Program-made: the position numbers and the translations under genes
Virus record (IMG/VR): IMGVR_UViG_3300046168_000085
Span: 1-64,000 of that record
Strand: one strand, 5' to 3'
Source of the DNA: a virus
DNA: 64,000 bases
The notes under the pieces: generated by a model
Databases searched by the model: none
Told to the model about the DNA's origin: nothing
What the model saw: the letters and a program-made list of their open reading frames with translations, nothing else
Shown: positions 43,453-54,997 of the stretch, piece after piece
How the letters are laid out: the number at the start of each line of letters is the position of its first letter
How positions within the stretch are numbered: the stretch's first letter is position 1

Positions 43453-44700
43453 TTATTCTCTTTCCAAAATTATTGCACCACCTTGGCCACCACCAATACA
43501 AAGTGAAATTAATGCTCGTTTACCACCACGACGTTCAAGTTCCTTCAAAGTTGTAAGTGCAATACGTGAACCACTTGAACCAACTGGATGACCAAGAGCA
43601 ATTGCTCCTCCATTGACATTCAATTTGGCAAAATCAACTTCACCCAAGTTTGTGGTTTTTTTCAGTTGCTTGCAAACCGCAAGAACTTGGGCAGCGAATG
43701 CTTCGTTGATTTCAATTAAATCAAAGTCATCAAGTTTATATCCAGTTTCTTCGCATACTTTCTGAATCGCATAAACTGGTCCTAATCCCATTCTTTCAGG
43801 GATCACATCCTGCATATGCGTATGCGGAAATTCTACCCAATGGATTCCAATTGTTTTGCTTAACTGCATTTCATCTGCAATCAACAATGACACTGCTCCG
43901 TCTGTAATTTGCGATGCGTTGCCCGCAGTTACAGTTCCTTGTTTGCGATCAAATACAGGTTTAAGTTTTTCCAACGCACCCATACTTTGCTCACCACGAA
44001 TTCCATTGTCTGCATCAACGAATGTTCCGTCTGCGAAATAAAATGGGGAAATCTCAGATGACATTTTTTCTATTGCCACAAATGCTTTCAAATGAGATTC
44101 TAATGCAAACTTATCTTGATGATATCGTGTTACTCCACTTTCTCTTGCGATCAATTCAGCAGTTTCACCCATATTCATTCCAACCGTGATATCACTCAAT
44201 CCTAATCGTAAACTGATTATAGGTGCGAAGTCTTTTGGACGGAAACTCAATATCGTATGAAGACGATCACGAAATGTTCTACACTTACTTAACTTGGTAA
44301 ATTTATCAACTGCACTTGAACGATATAAAAATGGTGCTTGTGTCATATTCTCCGTTCCCCCACTTAAATAAACACTTCCACGATCAGCATTAATTTTATC
44401 AGATGCTTGTGTAATTGATTCAAAACCACTTGCACAATTACGATGAACCGTATAAGCAGGAACACTCTTGGGTACTCCCGATTTAAGTGAAATTACACGT
44501 GTGATGTTTGCGGTGTCTGCTGGTTGACATACACAACCCATTACACTTTCGTCAATTACATCGGGATTCAAATCCATCTTTGCAAACAATGCTTTTGTTG
44601 CAGAAACTCCGAGGTCTGCAGCTGATGTTTTAGCAAAGGTCGTACCCATTTTACAAAAAGGAGTCCGAGTACCATCTACAAGATATACATTTTTTTTCAT
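43453..44700 (-). CDS. fadI: 3-ketoacyl-CoA thiolase (short internal compensated frameshift)
   Basis: RNCASG, TAGNASQITDGA, NEAFA, GHPVG.SG, SLCIGGGQG. Confidence 0.93.
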   Translation of the reverse strand: MKKNVYLVDGTRTPFCKMGTTFAKTSAADLGVSATKALFAKMDLNPDVIDESVMGCVCQPADTANITRVISLKSGVPKSVPAYTVHRNCASGFESITQASDKINADRGSVYLSGGTENMTQAPFLYRSSAVDKFTKLSKCRTFRDRLHTILSFRPKDFAPIISLRLGLSDITVGMNMGETAELIARESGVTRYHQDKFALESHLKAFVAIEKMSSEISPFYFADGTFVDADNGIRGEQSMGALEKLKPVFDRKQGTVTAGNASQITDGAVSLLIADEMQLSKTIGIHWVEFPHTHMQDVIPERMGLGPVYAIQKVCEETGYKLDDFDLIEINEAFAAQVLAVCKQLKKTTNLGEVDFAKLNVNGGAIALGHPVGSSGSRIALTTLKELERRGGKRALISLCIGGGQGGAIILERE

Positions 44701-44994
44701 AACCGTTACATTATATATATCACAATTTTATACATATCGTCAACTATATAACGAACAATATACATAAATGGTTTATATTAATTTATGAAAAAAACTTTGA
44801 AAGCAAGTGAATCCATATTCCGATTGAATCCACAACCACAAAATAAAACGCAAGAGCAGCCAACCAATACATTTTTCTGCCGACAAAAAAGATGATACTT
44901 AAAAAATTAACAATCGCAAAAACAACAAATCCCCAACCAATCAATTCTGGAAAAGGAAGTATTCCTCCTCCGATCATTCCAAGAATTGCAATGA

Positions 44995-46069
44995 CTATTT
45001 CAAATTGTTTGCTGTGTGTTTGCTTCTGCCATTTCTAAATCCAAGTTTATTTAACTCTTCAAGCAACACATCTGAAATTTCAATTCCGTTTTTATGAACA
45101 TCAATAGATGTATTATATTCAGTTTCTCCTGGAACTAAAACTTCTTCACCTCGTTTACTTTTGCTTGATTTTATTTCACGCATCACATCACCAACATTTT
45201 TTTTGAAATCTTTAAGTCCGCAAAGTTTTCTGGATCAATGCAAATAAAGAAATGACCAATATCATAATTTGGATTTTTGTATTTCCTTCATACAAGTCCA
45301 CTTAGTTTGCTCATATAAGCACCACTTTGAAATGCCGAACACATAAGTTCTATTGCAATACTTAAACCAGAACCTTTGTGTCCTCCATCTGGTGTCAACG
45401 CCGCAATTCCTTGTTTTAACCAACGCAATGATCTTTCAAATGTTAGATTTTGATTTTCAGAAACTATCGCACAATTAGGAACATAGTTGTCTGGTGTTTT
45501 TCTTGCCATTACTTCCAAATCACCTCTTTGATAAACTGATGTTGCACAATCAATACTAAACGGATATTTTTCATCAGATGGAAATGCTATTGCGTATGGA
45601 TTCGTACCCATCTTTGGTTCTACTCACCATGAGGAGCAACCGCAGGTCGTGCGTTTGTAAAACTCATTCCCACTAAATTATGCTGAGTTGCATAACGACT
45701 ATAATAACTTGCAATTCCGTAATGTGAGGAATTTCTAACCGCAACACAACTAATTCCATGTTCTTGAGTTTTTGCAATTGCTTGGTTCATTGCATACTTG
45801 CCAACGATTTGTCCAAGTGCATTGTGACCATCAATAGTTACACAGGCTTTGTTGTCACGAACAATCTCGGGAGTTGCATTTACATCGATTACACCATCTT
45901 GAATTCGTTTTATATAATAACTAAGTCTGCTTAATCCGTGTGATTTAAATCCAAGTTCGTCAGCACTTAATAATACATCAGCACATACACTTGAATATTT
46001 GCTTGGTACTTTGTTTTTTTCAAATACCCACTTCGCAAACGCAATTGCATCTTTAAGTTTTATTTTCAC
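44995..46069 (-). CDS. Ldh_2 family (malate/L-lactate/sulfolactate/ureidoglycolate dehydrogenase-like) oxidoreductase, frameshifted into three ORFs
   Basis: SHGLSRL, NSSHYG, GTNP.A, GGHKGSGL, VPGE.E. Confidence 0.85.
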
Positions 46070-46481
46070 TTTGCTCTTTCGATTTTCTAATTTCACGTGC
46101 TTTTCTGATTTTCCTACGCATATACGGTTTCAGAAAATAATGACCAATGAATCCCTTGATAGTTGGTTTACCCACTTGCACTCTTAGTTTATTTTCATAA
46201 CGAGTCATTGGACAATCTAATACTCTTGAAAAGGAAATTAATATAATAAACGAACACAAAGGCAAACATACATACCACGGAAATCCAAACGGTGTTAAAC
46301 CCTGAAATGCAAGAATGAAAAATGCACTAAAGTTACCAATTACAACCACCCAATGCAATAGAACTACAATCAGTAGTTTAAGATGCCTTAAAGGATTGGT
46401 TGGCAAAAATCTAAGAAACCGTTTTTCGTCAGAAGGTTCTGTTATGTTTTCATCGTTCTCCATATAGAATAAATATAAAAA

Positions 46482-46703
46482 CTATTCTGTTTTATTTTCT
46501 AATTCTTTTAGATTTTCGGTCAACCAATGTGTGTGCCAATTATTTTTATGATGACAAACCCAAGACCATCTTGCTTTGTCTTTGCCTATGTCTTCTCCTA
46601 CCTTTTCGGACTCAATCCACTTGTGTTTGTTTATTTCGTTAGTTTCGTCAACAACATGACGATAATATAAACTTTTGTCGTATAGCTCTTGGTCGTAGTC
46701 CAC
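46482..46703 (-). CDS. Small DUF4032-like protein (HKWIESEK motif)
   Basis: EINKHKWIESEK.G.DIG..A..W...H...W. Confidence 0.55.
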   Translation of the reverse strand: MDYDQELYDKSLYYRHVVDETNEINKHKWIESEKVGEDIGKDKARWSWVCHHKNNWHTHWLTENLKELENKTE

Positions 46704-46727
46704 TAACTATATATATGTACATATCAA

Positions 46728-47735
46728 TTAAAAATCGTCAACTAATGCAGATTCATCTTGATAATCAATAACTCTTGTTTCAAAAAAGTTCTTTTGTTTG
46801 CGAATATCAATAACTTCACTTAACCAAGGAAATGGATTGTTATCACTATCATAGCGATATTTCATATTTAGATTTTCCAATCTACGATTAGCAATAAACT
46901 GCATATACTCAACGAACATTTCAGAATTTAATCCAAGAATACCTCTTGGTAATACATCTTGTGCATACGAAATTTCCAATTCAACTGCTTGTTTTAGAAC
47001 TTCTGTCAACTCAGTTTCAAATTTGTCGGTCATTAAATCAGGATTTTGTTCTCGGATTTTATTCAACAAAGTTGTTCCAAATTTGATGTGAATACTTTCA
47101 TCACGAAGTGTATATTGAATTTGCTCTGCGATACCTGGTATTTTATCACTTAGTGCGAGTAACATTGCAAATCCACTGAAAAAGAATGTTCCTTCGCATA
47201 CAACCCAATATGTAAATGCGGCCTTGTACAACTCTCGTTTTCCTTCAATAGTAGATGTATCGATATTTGCTTCATTCAATCCACCTGTTACTTGTATAAG
47301 AAAATCATCTTTTGCTTTGATAGATGGAACCGTTTTATATGCTTCGTATACCTCACCTATATCCAAGTCTAAACTATCACAGATATAAACTACAGTGTGA
47401 TTGTGCAAGCACTCTTCATACATCTGTCTTGCCATATATTGTCTACATTCAGGATCAGTAATGTACTTGGATAATGTCATAAGATTGTTTGCAACCAAAC
47501 TTTCACTTCCTGCAAAGAAACCAAGACATCTCTTAATAACCAAACGTTCATCTTCACTCAATGCATCATCAGGTGATGATTTCCAATTTTGAACATCTTT
47601 TGTCATCGGTACATCTGTTGGTACCCAGTTGTTTTTGACACCTTGTTCATACAGATCCCACGCCCATTTATGTTTATGAGGGAGAATTTGATTTACCCCC
47701 TCTGTTTCTTTTCCTAGTAGTTCTCCAGTTTTCAT
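46728..47735 (-). CDS. nrdB: Ribonucleotide reductase small subunit, class Ic (R2c)-like
   Basis: Ferritin-like ligands SESLV, EECLH, EGTFFFSGF, RDESIH; NFFE.RV.DY tail. Confidence 0.93.
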   Translation of the reverse strand: MKTGELLGKETEGVNQILPHKHKWAWDLYEQGVKNNWVPTDVPMTKDVQNWKSSPDDALSEDERLVIKRCLGFFAGSESLVANNLMTLSKYITDPECRQYMARQMYEECLHNHTVVYICDSLDLDIGEVYEAYKTVPSIKAKDDFLIQVTGGLNEANIDTSTIEGKRELYKAAFTYWVVCEGTFFFSGFAMLLALSDKIPGIAEQIQYTLRDESIHIKFGTTLLNKIREQNPDLMTDKFETELTEVLKQAVELEISYAQDVLPRGILGLNSEMFVEYMQFIANRRLENLNMKYRYDSDNNPFPWLSEVIDIRKQKNFFETRVIDYQDESALVDDF

Positions 47736-47770
47736 AATAATATATATAACGATTCAGTAGTTAAAAAAGT

Positions 47771-48118
47771 TTATAATGATTTCAAATTTTGTTGTTTTAA
47801 ACGATACACAAGTAACCCAAGAATAGCAAGACCAACAAACGGTAGCACATAATACCAATTAACAAAAGATTCATTAGATGCGTTCGTTTGTATTTCAGTT
47901 CGTGTTATTGGTTTAGTTTTAGTATTCTGTTTACTTGGTTGTGTTTGTTGAACTATAACAGGGTCATCAAGAACATCCGTGTTTGTATCTACCGGTGTTG
48001 TAACTTCCGTTGGTTGTTTGGGTACTCCGAGTGTTCCACCGGACGAGTTTAATAACTTGTTTTTAATACCACACGATGTAAGTGTAGTGATGCATAGTAA
48101 TATCAATAAATGTTTCAT
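47771..48118 (-). CDS. Lipoprotein with C-terminal TM helix
   Basis: LTSC lipobox, Pro/Thr-rich linker, C-terminal hydrophobic segment. Confidence 0.5.
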   Translation of the reverse strand: MKHLLILLCITTLTSCGIKNKLLNSSGGTLGVPKQPTEVTTPVDTNTDVLDDPVIVQQTQPSKQNTKTKPITRTEIQTNASNESFVNWYYVLPFVGLAILGLLVYRLKQQNLKSL

Positions 48119-48772
48119 ATATAATTCTCCTTTATTTAGAAGAACAATATACCATATTTTATTGTGTACGTAAAGTAATTAAATTATTTCTTGTCGTGAC
48201 AAAGACAATCACATTTGTTGTCTTTGCAACACTTAACAAAAAAGCATTTAATTTTACAAATAATTTTTTTGATCAATTCCATTGTTATTATAAATATTAA
48301 ATTTAATTATTATATTCACGACATTCGCAGTCTTTTATTTTACAATTAGGATTGATCATTCCTGCTCGTTTGAATGTAAGTTTTACAAATTCCTCAAAAA
48401 AGAAAACATAAGCAGCTGCATCATAGTTGTCCATTGCTATTGTAATTTCTTTTTCGTATGTTCTCATCCACTTGGTATATTCATCAAACTTATCAGCATC
48501 AAAATGAGGTCCTTTCAAATCGTATTGATGAATCAATAATGCCAAATTTAATTTTGACTTTTTCAATGTTGCAAATCTTGCGATGTCTTTAGAAAACTTT
48601 GCTCGTTCTCGTTTTTCCTTTTCGTATGCTTCGTAAGATGCTTGTAATTTCGGATCAACGATGTCTATCCAAGTTTTACTTTCTTTCTTTATAAACCCAT
48701 CACCCTTGGCACAATAAAGCACCAAGGGTGATAAAAATAAAAATGTAACCTTTAAAATAAGACTAACGAGTC

Positions 48773-49774
48773 TCAATACTTCAACTCAAATTTAGGAGTG
48801 AAATCTTCAAGAGGTAGTTGTCTTAATACTCTCTCGGGATTCCGTGATCGTTCGTTTGGAAGAATTTTAATGCGAAATGGGAAATGCTTTTGAATTGATT
48901 TTTCATCGTCATCGTCATCGTCTGCACTACGAATTACTCCAGAATCTTCAATTTGCATTCCGAGAATGTCATCCATACTTGGCATATCTTCTTTTGGGTC
49001 AATTGCCCACATAATATCATTCTTTTTTGCCCACTCTTTCATTCTACGAACAGGGTACCATTAAATTGAATCCTTCTCCTGCTCCACGAACAATCATTCC
49101 GACATACTTTCCATTTTGCAAATAAACTCCTCCTCCTGAACTTCCTGGAAATGCAGTAACCGTTGTTTGATCGTATTCGTATTTATCAAGTGTTCTTCCT
49201 ACTTGAGAAATGATACCAGTTGTCATTGAGTTTGCACCCATTTGACCAAGCAACGAACCAACGTGAAATAAACTCGTTCCGATTGGCACAATGCCATCAT
49301 TAGCATCACTTAAATTAAATTCAACTCCTTCTTTTGCATAATCAGTAGCACGAACCATAAGAAGTGCCAAATCGTGACCATCTTTGTAATCTGAGTATTT
49401 GATTACTTTGGCATCCATTTTCATTTCACCGACACGTCTGCCTTTTCTACAAGTTCTTTAACAATAGACGCATCATCAAATTCTACAAGTTTAACTGGAC
49501 TTCCTCCTTCAATAACACTTCGTACTTTACGAAGATTATCAACAACGTGTGCGGCCGTCCAAACGAAAGTAACTTTTTTTCCGTCTACTTCACGGATGAT
49601 CATTGCTCCAGAACCTTCTGAACTACTATACTTTGCTTTTGCTTTTATAGTAACCGATACATCTTGTAAATGGTCTGCAACTTCTCGTACTTGTTTAGCA
49701 CTCGGAGCTCCTGTTGAAATGTTTACTGAAAATGCCGTAATGGCCACTACTACTAAAAGTTTGATTGCGTTCAT
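48773..49774 (-). CDS. Secreted trypsin-like serine protease (split in three by frameshifts)
   Basis: Signal peptide; triad motifs TAAH, DLALL, PGSSGGG. Confidence 0.85.
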
Positions 49775-49856
49775 GAATGCTACCCTCCTGGGTTTGAGAT
49801 TGATAATATATCTATATATATTAACCCAAACGCACTTTTAGGTCAATCTTTAATAT

Positions 49857-52342
49857 CTATTGACAACTCTCACACACTTCACCACGCATTTTTGCTTCTA
49901 AACTGCACAATGAGGGTTCTTCAGATTCTTGTGGATTTTCTGTATCTGTATTATCTGCATTGTGTTCTTCTACATTTGATCCAGTTGACTTTTCAATTGC
50001 ACTTGCCGCCAAATTCCGCAAATAGTAAGTTGTTTTCAATCCACTTTTCCATGCGTGTGTATAAATGTCGTTCAAAAACTTCATACTACTTTTGTCGTTG
50101 TAAAGATTCAAACTTTGACCTTGATCAATCCACTTTTGACGAGCAGCCTGCACAATCAATAAGTTTGAATTGATCTTGTTGAAATGCAGTAACATATTTT
50201 TCTTTTATCCATTGAGGAATTGAACCATTTAGTTTGCTAAGATCACCATCAACGGTTTTAACCAAGTTGGCAAGTTCTTTTGTCCAAATTCCTTCTGCTT
50301 TCATATCATTAACAAAGTATTCGTTCATCATTGTAAACTCACCACTTAAAGTAGAATACACAAAAATAACTCCAAAGTTTGGTTCAATGCTTTGTGAACA
50401 TCCTGCGATGTAACTGATTGTTGCAGTTGGAGCAATTGCCATTGTATTGGAATTACGCATTCCTTGTTTGGCAACTTTCTTTTTGAGTTTGTCCCAATTT
50501 TTTCTAAGATTCACTTCGTCAGAATTTCCACGAAGTTTCATAACCTCTTTCCAAGTATCAATCGGAAATGTTCCTTTGCTCCAAAGACTTCCTGTGTATG
50601 ATTCGTAAGTTTCTTTTTCTACTGCCATATCAGACGAAGATTCAATTGCGAAATAAGAAATGTTTTCATAAATTTCATCACTAATACGAATTGCATCATC
50701 ACTTCCGTAGTTGACACTAAACTCATAAAACATATCGTGCCAACCCATTGTTCCTAATCCAACAGGACGATGAGTCATATTACTTTTACGTGCTTCTTCT
50801 GTTGGATAATAATTTAGATCAATAACATTGTCTAACATACGCATTGCCATTTTGGTGCTTTTTTCTAATTTATCATAATCAATAAATTTTTCACCATTTT
50901 TATCTACACCTACGTGTCGTTTCAAATTGATGCTTGCTAAATTGCAAGTTGCAGTTTCTCCGTATTCTTTAACGGTGCGTGTGCCATCATCTGCGTGAAT
51001 AGTGGGTTTGGTATGAAGAAGAATCTCTGTACACAAATTACTGCTATGCACCGTTCCTACGTGCTGATTACTATACCGAATATTACTTGGGTCTTTGAAG
51101 GTTACCCACGGATGACCAGTTTCAAAAATACTTTTCAACATTTTCTTCCAAAGGTCTTTTGCTTTGAGTTCACGAAAAACATTCAATTCTCCGTCTTGAC
51201 CTTTTTTAACATATTCCCAATATTTTGTTTCAAATGCTTCACCGAAGATTTCGTGTAACTCAGGAACTTCATTTGGACTAAACAAATACCAAGGACCATC
51301 TGCTTCTACTTGTTTCATAAACAAATCAGGAATCCAATTTGCAGTATTCATATCGTGACAACGCATTCTGTCATCACCTACGGTTTTTCGTAATGCCAAA
51401 AAGTCTTCAATGTCAGAATGCCATGTTTCAAGATATGCACATCCTGCACCTTTTCTTTTTCCACCTTGATTTACTGCAACGAGCATATCATTGTAAAGTT
51501 TCCAAAAGTATACAGGTCCTTGATTGATTCCGTTTGTTCCTTTGATATAACTACCTCTTGCACGAAAGTTTGAGATGTCAAAACCAAGACCACCTGCGAA
51601 TTTGCTTTTTCTTGCTTCTTGCCAAATGCCATCAAAAATTCCATCAATAGAATCATCAAAGTATTTAAATAGCAACTGCTGAGTTGACTATGAGTTGTTC
51701 CACTATTAAACAAAGTTGGTGTGGAACTAACTACATCAAAGCAACTAAGAGTTTCGTAAAACTTTAATGCGTATGCTTGTCGGTCTTCTGGTTTTTCATT
51801 TAATGCCAATCCCATTGCAATACGCATCCACATTGCTTGTGGAGTTTCCATACGACGTCCTTCTATATGCAAAAGATAACGATCATAAATGGTTTGTATT
51901 CCAAGATACTTCCAATCTTTTTCTCTATCAATATTAAGTTTCGCACTAAGTTCACGCAAATCAAAACTTTCAAGTAACTCTTCGTTGAGAATTTCTTCAC
52001 GGACTAATCTACGCATATTAGTAATAAAACTTTTACGATACTGAAGTTCAAACGCATCACTATCTACTCCTTCACCGAACACTTCTTTGTAAATTGTATT
52101 AAGAAGCATTCTCGCAGCCATATAAGCATAATTCGGTTCAAACTCAATTTTAGACCTAGCACTCATAATAAGTGATTTGTCTATTTCAGTTGTTGTAACT
52201 TTATCGTACAACTTTATTTTGGCATCAATTAATACTTCACTTGCACTTACGTTATCTAAATTTTTGATGCACGTTCGGCACATTCGTTGATTTTATCAAC
52301 ATTAAATTCTTCGAGTCTTCCGTTGCGTTTTTTTACTTTCAC
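49857..52342 (-). CDS. nrdA: Ribonucleotide reductase class I large subunit with ATP cone (frameshifted)
   Basis: VKKRNG start, [55 protein letters not shown]. Confidence 0.95.
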
Positions 52343-52455
52343 TTGTAACCTTTTGTTAGAATTTTATATTAACATTATAATTTAATTATATAAATATCAT
52401 TTACGAAATCTATCGTAAAAATACATACTATATATACAGAATTTTTTAACCAATA

Positions 52456-53862
52456 TCAGACACTATCTTCGTTATTATATGAATTTTTATTGTTCATTTG
52501 GTCGTACTTGGATTTAAGAAGATTCTTTGCGCCATTATCAGAATCATTCATTTCCACCATTATTTCCGCACCCTTTGTACTTTTTTCATCATATATTTCA
52601 ATAACACCCGAAGACGTGTCAACTCTACTTGGAAATGTCAAACCATCGGGTCCAAACCGATTTTTAATGACATGAAATCTACCTGTGTTACTGACTTTGT
52701 CAGTTGCTTTTCTTGATAAACTTATCACGAAAGTCTGCCGTCATTATTTTCCGATAACTATCCGCAACTTTTTGTGCTTCAATAATATTATCTTCTAACG
52801 ATGAACGACTTGCTTGTGATGCAGTCCACACAGGTACTCCGAGTTCGCCCGCAAGGCCTCGGAGATCCTCATAAATTCCTCCTTGCTCAACATAACTGTT
52901 GGCATTGTTTCCGTGATTACCAGGAGATAAAATATCTGCATAGTCAATCACAACCATATCAACCGGATATCCCATTGTATTTGCTAAATTTGCGTGTGCA
53001 AGAATTGTACTTACTCCTACACTTTTCGTTGGATATTCTTTAATAAGAAGTTTTCCTTTAATGTTTGCTACAACATTTTTTACAGTTTCTTCGTGTTCAA
53101 TAATATCTTGAAACGGAATACCTGTAAAACAACTATCATAACGAAGTCCTACATAACACTCGTTAAGTTCCATTGTATAATGCAAAACATTTTTACCAAG
53201 TTTCATTGCAGATTTACCAAGTGATGCAAGCACCAACTTTTTCCTCCACCTGCACTACTAATAATAACACCGAGTTCTCCTGGTCCCAAACCTCCGTTTG
53301 TTAAATCATCAATTACTTCCCATCCGGTGGCCACAGTATCACGTGCAGTTTCTGACATTCTAAGTTCAATGTCACGTGCATAGTCGTGACCCATATCACG
53401 TGCAGTTCCTGCTTTTAATGCATCATCAACTATTCGTTTGATTGATTCGTATTGACCACCTTTGAGAAAGTCAACACTTTGCATAATTGCATTTTTAACT
53501 TTTGGTTCTTACAAAAGTCTAAAAATTCGTTTTTAACGAACTCTGTATCATTTAGATCAACTTGTGTAAATATATTTCTTAGTTGATCTATGATTGCCAG
53601 CTTTTAATGAATCAATTCCTACATCGTCACACTTAATTTTGAATACATCTAATGTTGCAGTCTTTTTGTATTTACTATAATGAGTTAAAATCTCATCAAC
53701 AATCCATTTGTGTGCTTCACTTTCCCAATACTCTGTTTCAATGATATCGTGCGTTCTGTCCAAGAATTTTTTGTCATCGATTAAAGCACGAATTGTTTTA
53801 CTTTGAAATGCAGTCCCAAACTTTTGTAGGGTATCCACATTATTATTATTAGTCTCCGTCAT
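52456..53862 (-). CDS. Replicative DnaB/gp41-like helicase (split in four by frameshifts)
   Basis: GGGKS Walker A, YTMEL, IDYAD, WTASQ, KNRFGPDG. Confidence 0.9.
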
Positions 53863-53917
53863 ATTTAATAAACTTTATCAGATGACTCTGGTTGAATCAA
53901 GTCTATTTATAAAAAAA

Positions 53918-54997
53918 CTACGAATTACTTGTAATTGCATAGTTGTTCAAAATGGTCCAAGTTTCCATAAGCCAGTTATGGTGATTAGGAAACGCGGCCC
54001 ATAGTTGGTCTTCTGCGAACTTTTTGCTAAATTCAAATTTATTAAGTTCGGTTACAGGAGAATCTACATGATCAAATATTTTCGTTTGCATACTTGCAGG
54101 AAGAATACTATCTTTCAATTGCATTAAATCATAGTTTCGTTTAAGTAAACTCTGATTATCTTCTTTCAAAAAGTTTTTATACAAAGGCATTTCTTTGAGT
54201 TTATCTTCTGAAATTTTTATTAAATCGTCTCTGCTTATAAATTGTTCGGTTGCAAGTTCAGGAAAAGCAGTTTTAAGTTTCTTTTCACCTATACCTTTGA
54301 TCCCATCTATATTATCCCCACGATCACCATCAATTGTTCTGTATAACAGAAAATTATTTGGATGAATTCCGTACTCTAACGAAACTTTTTCAGGAGTATA
54401 AACTGTTCGTTTGGTTGGACTATAAACAGTTACATCGTTATCTACCAACTGAAGAAAATCTTTGTCAGTACTCATTATTGTACACTTTTTACCAAGACCA
54501 CTAAAATATGATCGTGCTAATAATGCCATAACATCATCTGCTTCTACATTATCCATACATATAGTAGTAACAGGAAGCATATTCAAATATTGTATCAATT
54601 TAACTATCTGATACTTCATCGAACTTGATTCTTCGGTTTGATCTAAGTCTAAACTCAACGCACGATTTACACGAAACCGAACATTCTTTTTCATTTTATA
54701 GTCAGGAAAGATTTTACGTCTTCTTGCACTCCCACCCTTTCCATCAAATACAACGATACATCGTGTGGGTTTACGCAAACGAATTGCGTGACCTATGCTC
54801 TTTAGAAACCCGGTATATCCACCTATATGATCACCATTGTCGTTGGTGGTCGGATACATACTCCAAACACGCATAAACGTGTTCATACCATCAATTAAAA
54901 GGGTATCAGAATTTATATTCCGGTCTACATCTAGTTCTTCTTTTTGTTCTTGAGAGAATTCTTGAAATAAACTAAATATCTTTTTTTTATCACTCAT
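53918..54997 (-). CDS. 5'-3' exonuclease / T4-type RNase H (FEN family)
   Basis: LIDGMN, VFDG, YK, EADD, STDKDFLQL, GD.GDNI.GIKGIGEK. Confidence 0.92.
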   Translation of the reverse strand: MSDKKKIFSLFQEFSQEQKEELDVDRNINSDTLLIDGMNTFMRVWSMYPTTNDNGDHIGGYTGFLKSIGHAIRLRKPTRCIVVFDGKGGSARRRKIFPDYKMKKNVRFRVNRALSLDLDQTEESSSMKYQIVKLIQYLNMLPVTTICMDNVEADDVMALLARSYFSGLGKKCTIMSTDKDFLQLVDNDVTVYSPTKRTVYTPEKVSLEYGIHPNNFLLYRTIDGDRGDNIDGIKGIGEKKLKTAFPELATEQFISRDDLIKISEDKLKEMPLYKNFLKEDNQSLLKRNYDLMQLKDSILPASMQTKIFDHVDSPVTELNKFEFSKKFAEDQLWAAFPNHHNWLMETWTILNNYAITSNS

